Of a stretch of 64,000 bases of DNA, positions 60,030-64,000 are shown piece by piece. The notes beneath the pieces were generated by a model. That model saw only the letters and a program-made list of their open reading frames with translations. It ran no database searches and was not told the origin of the DNA. This stretch comes from Christensenellaceae bacterium (GTDB lineage Bacteria; Bacillota; Clostridia; Christensenellales; Borkfalkiaceae), in NCBI GenBank assembly GCA_045633745.1, contig JAZQYW010000015.1, forward strand, positions 11,042-75,041, written 5' to 3'. A program made the position numbers and the translations under genes. Each line of letters begins with the position of its first letter. Position 1 is the first letter of the stretch.

Positions 60030-61466
60030 TTATTCAGCAACAACTTGTTGTTCTTGTTCCATTTTTTCTTCATCAATCTTACGCTGTAATTTTTTAGCCG
60101 TTGGGATTAAGAAAGATAATACCATTATGATTGAAAGCACCCAACCGATAGGCCAAACAGTATAAAGGAATGTCAAGTTCTTAAATAGTGGATAAACAAA
60201 CCAAACCCAAGGGAACCTTATTCCACACATAAATATCATAGTTGCAATCATAGGAATCATAGGCTTACCCATACCCTTAAGTGCTGCACCAAGTATTTCG
60301 TTTATACCACAGATAAAATAAGTGCTTGAAACTAACATCATCTTTTGTTGAGAAAATCTTATAACTTCTGGATTAGAACTCATTATAGATGAAAGTTGAG
60401 CAGAGAAGATTGCCGAAAGAGCCCCCAAGCCACCACCGAAAATAATTGTTATAAACATACCTTTACAAATTGCTTCTTTTGCACGTTTCATATTTTTTGC
60501 ACCAACGTTTTGACTTACGTATGGCATAACTGCAAGTGATGGGCCAACTGCGATTTGATATAATATTCCATCAAATTGATTTGCAATTGACACGCCTGTA
60601 GATGCATTTGCTCTAGTTATTTCATCTGCACCATAAGTATTAACTGCACCTGCAATTACAAGGTTTGCAACTGAATAAAGTGCTTGTTGTAAACCTGTTG
60701 GAATACCTATTCTTAACATTTCTTTTAGTTGTTCTCCATAGATTCTAAACTTCTTGAAGTTGATTTTGAGAACACCGCCATCACGAATTAAAACCACAAC
60801 GCACAACGTTGCAATTACAATCCAAGAAATTATGGTTGCTAATGCAACACCAACAACTTCCATTTTAAATACTGCAACGAAAAGAAAAGTTAAAACAACT
60901 TTAATTATACCACCGATTGTCAAATAGACCATAGGCCTTCTTGAGTCGCCCGATGACCTTAAAATTGCTGCACAGAAATTGTAAAGCATCAAGATAGGCA
61001 CACCCAAGAAGTACATTCTAAAATACAATACTGCTTTATCAAAGAATTTTGTAGGGCAATTTACAAGGCTTAAGAAAAATTCTGCAAAAACAACACCTAT
61101 CACAAGTAAAGTTAACCCACTCATAACCGAAAAGATTATAGCAGTCGACACGGTCTTTTCAATACCATCTTTATCGCCTTTACCTATATACCTTGCTATA
61201 ACTACGTTTGCACCGGCGGCGACACCAACAACTAACCCTGTTATAAAAGAAAAAAGCGTACCACTCGCACCTACTGCACCAACAGAATACCCACCATCTG
61301 TATCGTACATCTTCAATATAGTCATATCGATTATATTAAAGAGTGATTGCAATACGTTCATTATAATTATAGGTATTGCAATGGTCATTAGCCCTTTCAT
61401 AATAGAGCCTGAAAGCATATTAACTTCTTTCTTGTTGCCTAACTTTAGGCTTTTTGTTGCTTGCAT
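60030..61466 (-). CDS. MATE-family efflux transporter
   Basis: 478 aa, 12 TM helices, two-fold MatE repeat. Confidence 0.85.
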   Translation of the reverse strand: MQATKSLKLGNKKEVNMLSGSIMKGLMTIAIPIIIMNVLQSLFNIIDMTILKMYDTDGGYSVGAVGASGTLFSFITGLVVGVAAGANVVIARYIGKGDKDGIEKTVSTAIIFSVMSGLTLLVIGVVFAEFFLSLVNCPTKFFDKAVLYFRMYFLGVPILMLYNFCAAILRSSGDSRRPMVYLTIGGIIKVVLTFLFVAVFKMEVVGVALATIISWIVIATLCVVVLIRDGGVLKINFKKFRIYGEQLKEMLRIGIPTGLQQALYSVANLVIAGAVNTYGADEITRANASTGVSIANQFDGILYQIAVGPSLAVMPYVSQNVGAKNMKRAKEAICKGMFITIIFGGGLGALSAIFSAQLSSIMSSNPEVIRFSQQKMMLVSSTYFICGINEILGAALKGMGKPMIPMIATMIFMCGIRFPWVWFVYPLFKNLTFLYTVWPIGWVLSIIMVLSFLIPTAKKLQRKIDEEKMEQEQQVVAE

Positions 61467-61591
61467 TTTGCTAACTCCTTATTGTTATCTAAATCATTAT
61501 ATCATTATGCACTAAAAAAAGTTAGCCATTATAATAAAATAAGTTGCACAAAAGATAGATTTTGGGTATAATACACATAAGGAGTTAAATT

Positions 61592-62335
61592 ATGAAATAC
61601 GCAGTTTCTTCAGGCTCATATAGTAAGGAAAGATACAATATAAACGTGCACAAGGACTATGAGATTATTTATTATTCTTGTGGAAAAGGAAAGTTAAACA
61701 TTGAAGATAAATTTTTCAACGTGGAAAAAGGAAATATCGTCGTTGTTCCACCGAACACAAAGCACGGCTCAATTTCTTTTGATGGTTTAGCCTATCTTTC
61801 TATTGTTGGAAACGTTGATGGGCTTATCCATTTAGAAAACCCAGCAATTTTTAAGGACAACGAAAAGGGCGATGGTTTTGCTTTGTTGCAAATAATCTTT
61901 GCCAACCGTTTTGGCGACCAAGAATTTTTTCACTCATTATGCCTTGCTTTTATACATTTGGTATTAAAAAACGTTAAAATAACCACCCCTATTGAAAAAA
62001 CTGTAAACACTATCAAAAGTCAAATAACGGCAAATTTGCACGACAGCAATCTTAACGTCACTCATATATTAAACGACAGTGGCTATGCCGAAGATTATAT
62101 AAGGGCACACTTTAGAAAAATCGTTGGAAAAACGCCTGTTGAATTTTTAACCGAACTTCGCATTAAAGATGCAATAAGTTTAATCAACATATACCAAAAT
62201 TCTATGTCCTTAATGGACATTGCAATAAGTTGTGGTTTTGACGATTATATATACTTTTCAAGAAAGTTTAAGCAAGTGGTGGGCGTTTCCCCACAAGCCT
62301 ATAAAAAATCGCTTTTGATAAATAACAAAAAATAA
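61592..62335 (+). CDS. AraC-family transcriptional regulator (cupin N-domain + HTH)
   Basis: C-terminal double HTH (ISCGFDDYIYFSRKFKQVVGVSPQAY). Confidence 0.8.
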   Translation: MKYAVSSGSYSKERYNINVHKDYEIIYYSCGKGKLNIEDKFFNVEKGNIVVVPPNTKHGSISFDGLAYLSIVGNVDGLIHLENPAIFKDNEKGDGFALLQIIFANRFGDQEFFHSLCLAFIHLVLKNVKITTPIEKTVNTIKSQITANLHDSNLNVTHILNDSGYAEDYIRAHFRKIVGKTPVEFLTELRIKDAISLINIYQNSMSLMDIAISCGFDDYIYFSRKFKQVVGVSPQAYKKSLLINNKK

Positions 62336-62344
62336 AAAAAACAA

Positions 62345-62376
62345 AAAGCCCGACTGCTTAAGTCGGGCTTTTTTTA
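62345..62376. terminator. bidirectional terminator between the araC-like gene and pdxK
   Basis: AGCCCGACT-gctta-AGTCGGGCT stem flanked by A- and T-runs. Confidence 0.75.
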
Positions 62377-62385
62377 TTCATAATT

Positions 62386-63216
62386 TTATTTCAAATCTTT
62401 AATTAATTCAGCAAGCACTGGTTCAAACTTTGCACCATACCAGTGATTTTTTTCTTCAGCCGTTGCCTTAATACATTTAACAACGTAATCGCCAGCAACC
62501 TTTGCACTTTCGTATGCACTCATTCCGTTAAACATTGCGCCAACGAAAGCAGATGCATAAATATCACCCGTGCCGTGACAACTGTTAGGAAGTTTTTTAT
62601 GTTGATAATAACTTTCTTCACCATTTTCAACAACAACGATACCCGTTGTATCGCTTGAATAAGAAACGCCAGTTAAAATAATGTTCTTACAACCTATATC
62701 TTTTAAGCCCTTAACAAGCCTATCAATATAAGACTTATCGTAAGTTTCCTTATATTCAATACCAGATAAAAAGCACGCTTCAGTTATGTTTGGCAAAACA
62801 TAGTCGGCAGATTGACAAAGCCTTCTAATAGCATCAACGTAAACGTCATCAAATCCATAATATAATTTGCCGTTATCAGCCATTGCTGGGTCAACAAAGA
62901 ACTTTCCATCTTCAACTAAATTTGATTTTGCAATATCCAAAACGTAATCAATTTGATTGCTACTTCCAAGATATCCAGTATAAATACCGTCAAAAGTAAT
63001 ACCTTCTTTAACCCAGTGTTCCCTTATCTTTGGCATATCAAGGCACAAATCTCTAAAGGTAAAACCAGTAAATCCAGCAGTATGAGTTGATAAAATTGCA
63101 GATGGCAATATAGCCGTTTCAAGTCCACAAGCAGATAAAATAGGCAAAGCAACTGTCATTGAACATTGCCCAACACACGAAATATCTTGAATAGTTAAAA
63201 TTCTTTTATAATCCAT
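62386..63216 (-). CDS. pdxK: pyridoxal/pyridoxamine kinase
   Basis: ILTIQDISCVGQCS N-terminus; ribokinase-fold GTGD motif. Confidence 0.85.
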   Translation of the reverse strand: MDYKRILTIQDISCVGQCSMTVALPILSACGLETAILPSAILSTHTAGFTGFTFRDLCLDMPKIREHWVKEGITFDGIYTGYLGSSNQIDYVLDIAKSNLVEDGKFFVDPAMADNGKLYYGFDDVYVDAIRRLCQSADYVLPNITEACFLSGIEYKETYDKSYIDRLVKGLKDIGCKNIILTGVSYSSDTTGIVVVENGEESYYQHKKLPNSCHGTGDIYASAFVGAMFNGMSAYESAKVAGDYVVKCIKATAEEKNHWYGAKFEPVLAELIKDLK

Positions 63217-63302
63217 TTTTTGTCAATCTCCTAATTGTTTTCATACATTATAACACTAAATTGACAATATGTAAATAGTCAGTTTTGATATTTTTTATAA
63301 GG

Positions 63303-64000
63303 TCAGTTACTTTTTCTTCTTAGCCTTCTAACTCTATTTATGTGGCGTTCAAACTCGCCGTTTTCCAAAAGGTATTGAATAACGTATTGTTCAAAAGACG
63401 GCACGGTGCAAGAATAAAAACCAAGTCTTTTATCAAACTCATCGATTAATTTTTTAGGCAAAACCATATATCCAACTCTCATTGCGGGCGAAATGGTCTT
63501 TGAAAAGGTGTTCACATAAATCACGTTGTCGCAATCGGTTAATGAAAATAGAGTTTCTTCGTTCTTTTTTGAAATGGTTAGTTCCGAATCATAATTATCT
63601 TCAACGATATATCCATTTCTCAACTTCGCCCATTGCAAATACTCTTGTCTTTTGCTTGCGTTTGCGGTTATCAAACTTGGATAACTATTATAAGGCGTTG
63701 TATGTAACACTTGAGCATTTGAGCAGTTTAGCTGTTGAGTTTTTATTCCGTTTGCCCCTAAATCTAATCGCTCTAATTTTATTTGGTTAGCGAGATATAC
63801 CTTTTCAATTTTGCTATAAGAAGGATTTTCTATGGCGTAAATCTTATCTTCGCCCAAAAGTTGAATAATAAGAGAATAAAGGTATTCCGCCCCAGCACCA
63901 ACCACTATTTGCTCTGGTGTGGCGTTTATGTCAACGCTTCTTTTTAAGTATGAACTTATGGCTTTTCTAAAACTATTTAAGCCCTTGTGATGACTTTTGT
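63303..64000 (-). CDS. MocR/PdxR-like aminotransferase-domain protein, N-terminus beyond the window edge (partial)
   Basis: Fold-type I aminotransferase C-terminal half (NTFSKTISPAMRVGY with PLP lysine). Adjacent to pdxK. The frame appears open to the window end. Confidence 0.6.
   Translation of the reverse strand, partial: KSHHKGLNSFRKAISSYLKRSVDINATPEQIVVGAGAEYLYSLIIQLLGEDKIYAIENPSYSKIEKVYLANQIKLERLDLGANGIKTQQLNCSNAQVLHTTPYNSYPSLITANASKRQEYLQWAKLRNGYIVEDNYDSELTISKKNEETLFSLTDCDNVIYVNTFSKTISPAMRVGYMVLPKKLIDEFDKRLGFYSCTVPSFEQYVIQYLLENGEFERHINRVRRLRRKSN

Overview
Low-GC Firmicutes (Clostridia-like) chromosome; a sporulation sigma-G gene is present. Most of the window is minus-strand housekeeping genes. 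These include the conserved ispG / polC-like / rimP-nusA-ylxR-ylxQ-infB-rbfA-nrnA-truB-ribF block, pepP-efp, malQ, a parE/parC-like type IIA topoisomerase pair, rho, argS, ychF, hpt, copA, a deoR-cysE-cysS-alaS-like operon, serS, sigG and pdxK/pdxR. Four regions stand out. (1) An 8-kb, eight-gene phage head/packaging operon (TerL, portal, scaffold, major capsid and three unknowns) has its own promoter and terminator. It sits between ispG and parC with no integrase, regulatory, replication, tail or lysis genes. (2) A complete T-box riboswitch, with specifier most likely AUC (Ile), lies upstream of an XRE-HTH + cupin + acyl-CoA synthetase fusion gene rather than an aaRS or biosynthesis gene. (3) That gene is bracketed by a family of direct repeats: a 26-bp repeat, ~60-bp modules carrying TGACC-N5-GGTCA palindromes, and a 3x 114-bp tandem array. 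(4) A tRNA-Arg(ACG) gene is embedded between GC-rich, hairpin-dense non-coding blocks that end in exact 18-nt copies of the tRNA's own 5' and 3' ends. Smaller oddities are a 510-aa mini-PolC (N-domain + OB + exonuclease, no polymerase) in the polC slot, a 608-aa AlaRS lacking the C-terminal domain, an orphan beta-class DNA methyltransferase, and a CopA with an in-frame CopZ-like domain that keeps its own RBS and ATG. All functional calls come from motif recognition by eye; no database search was run.
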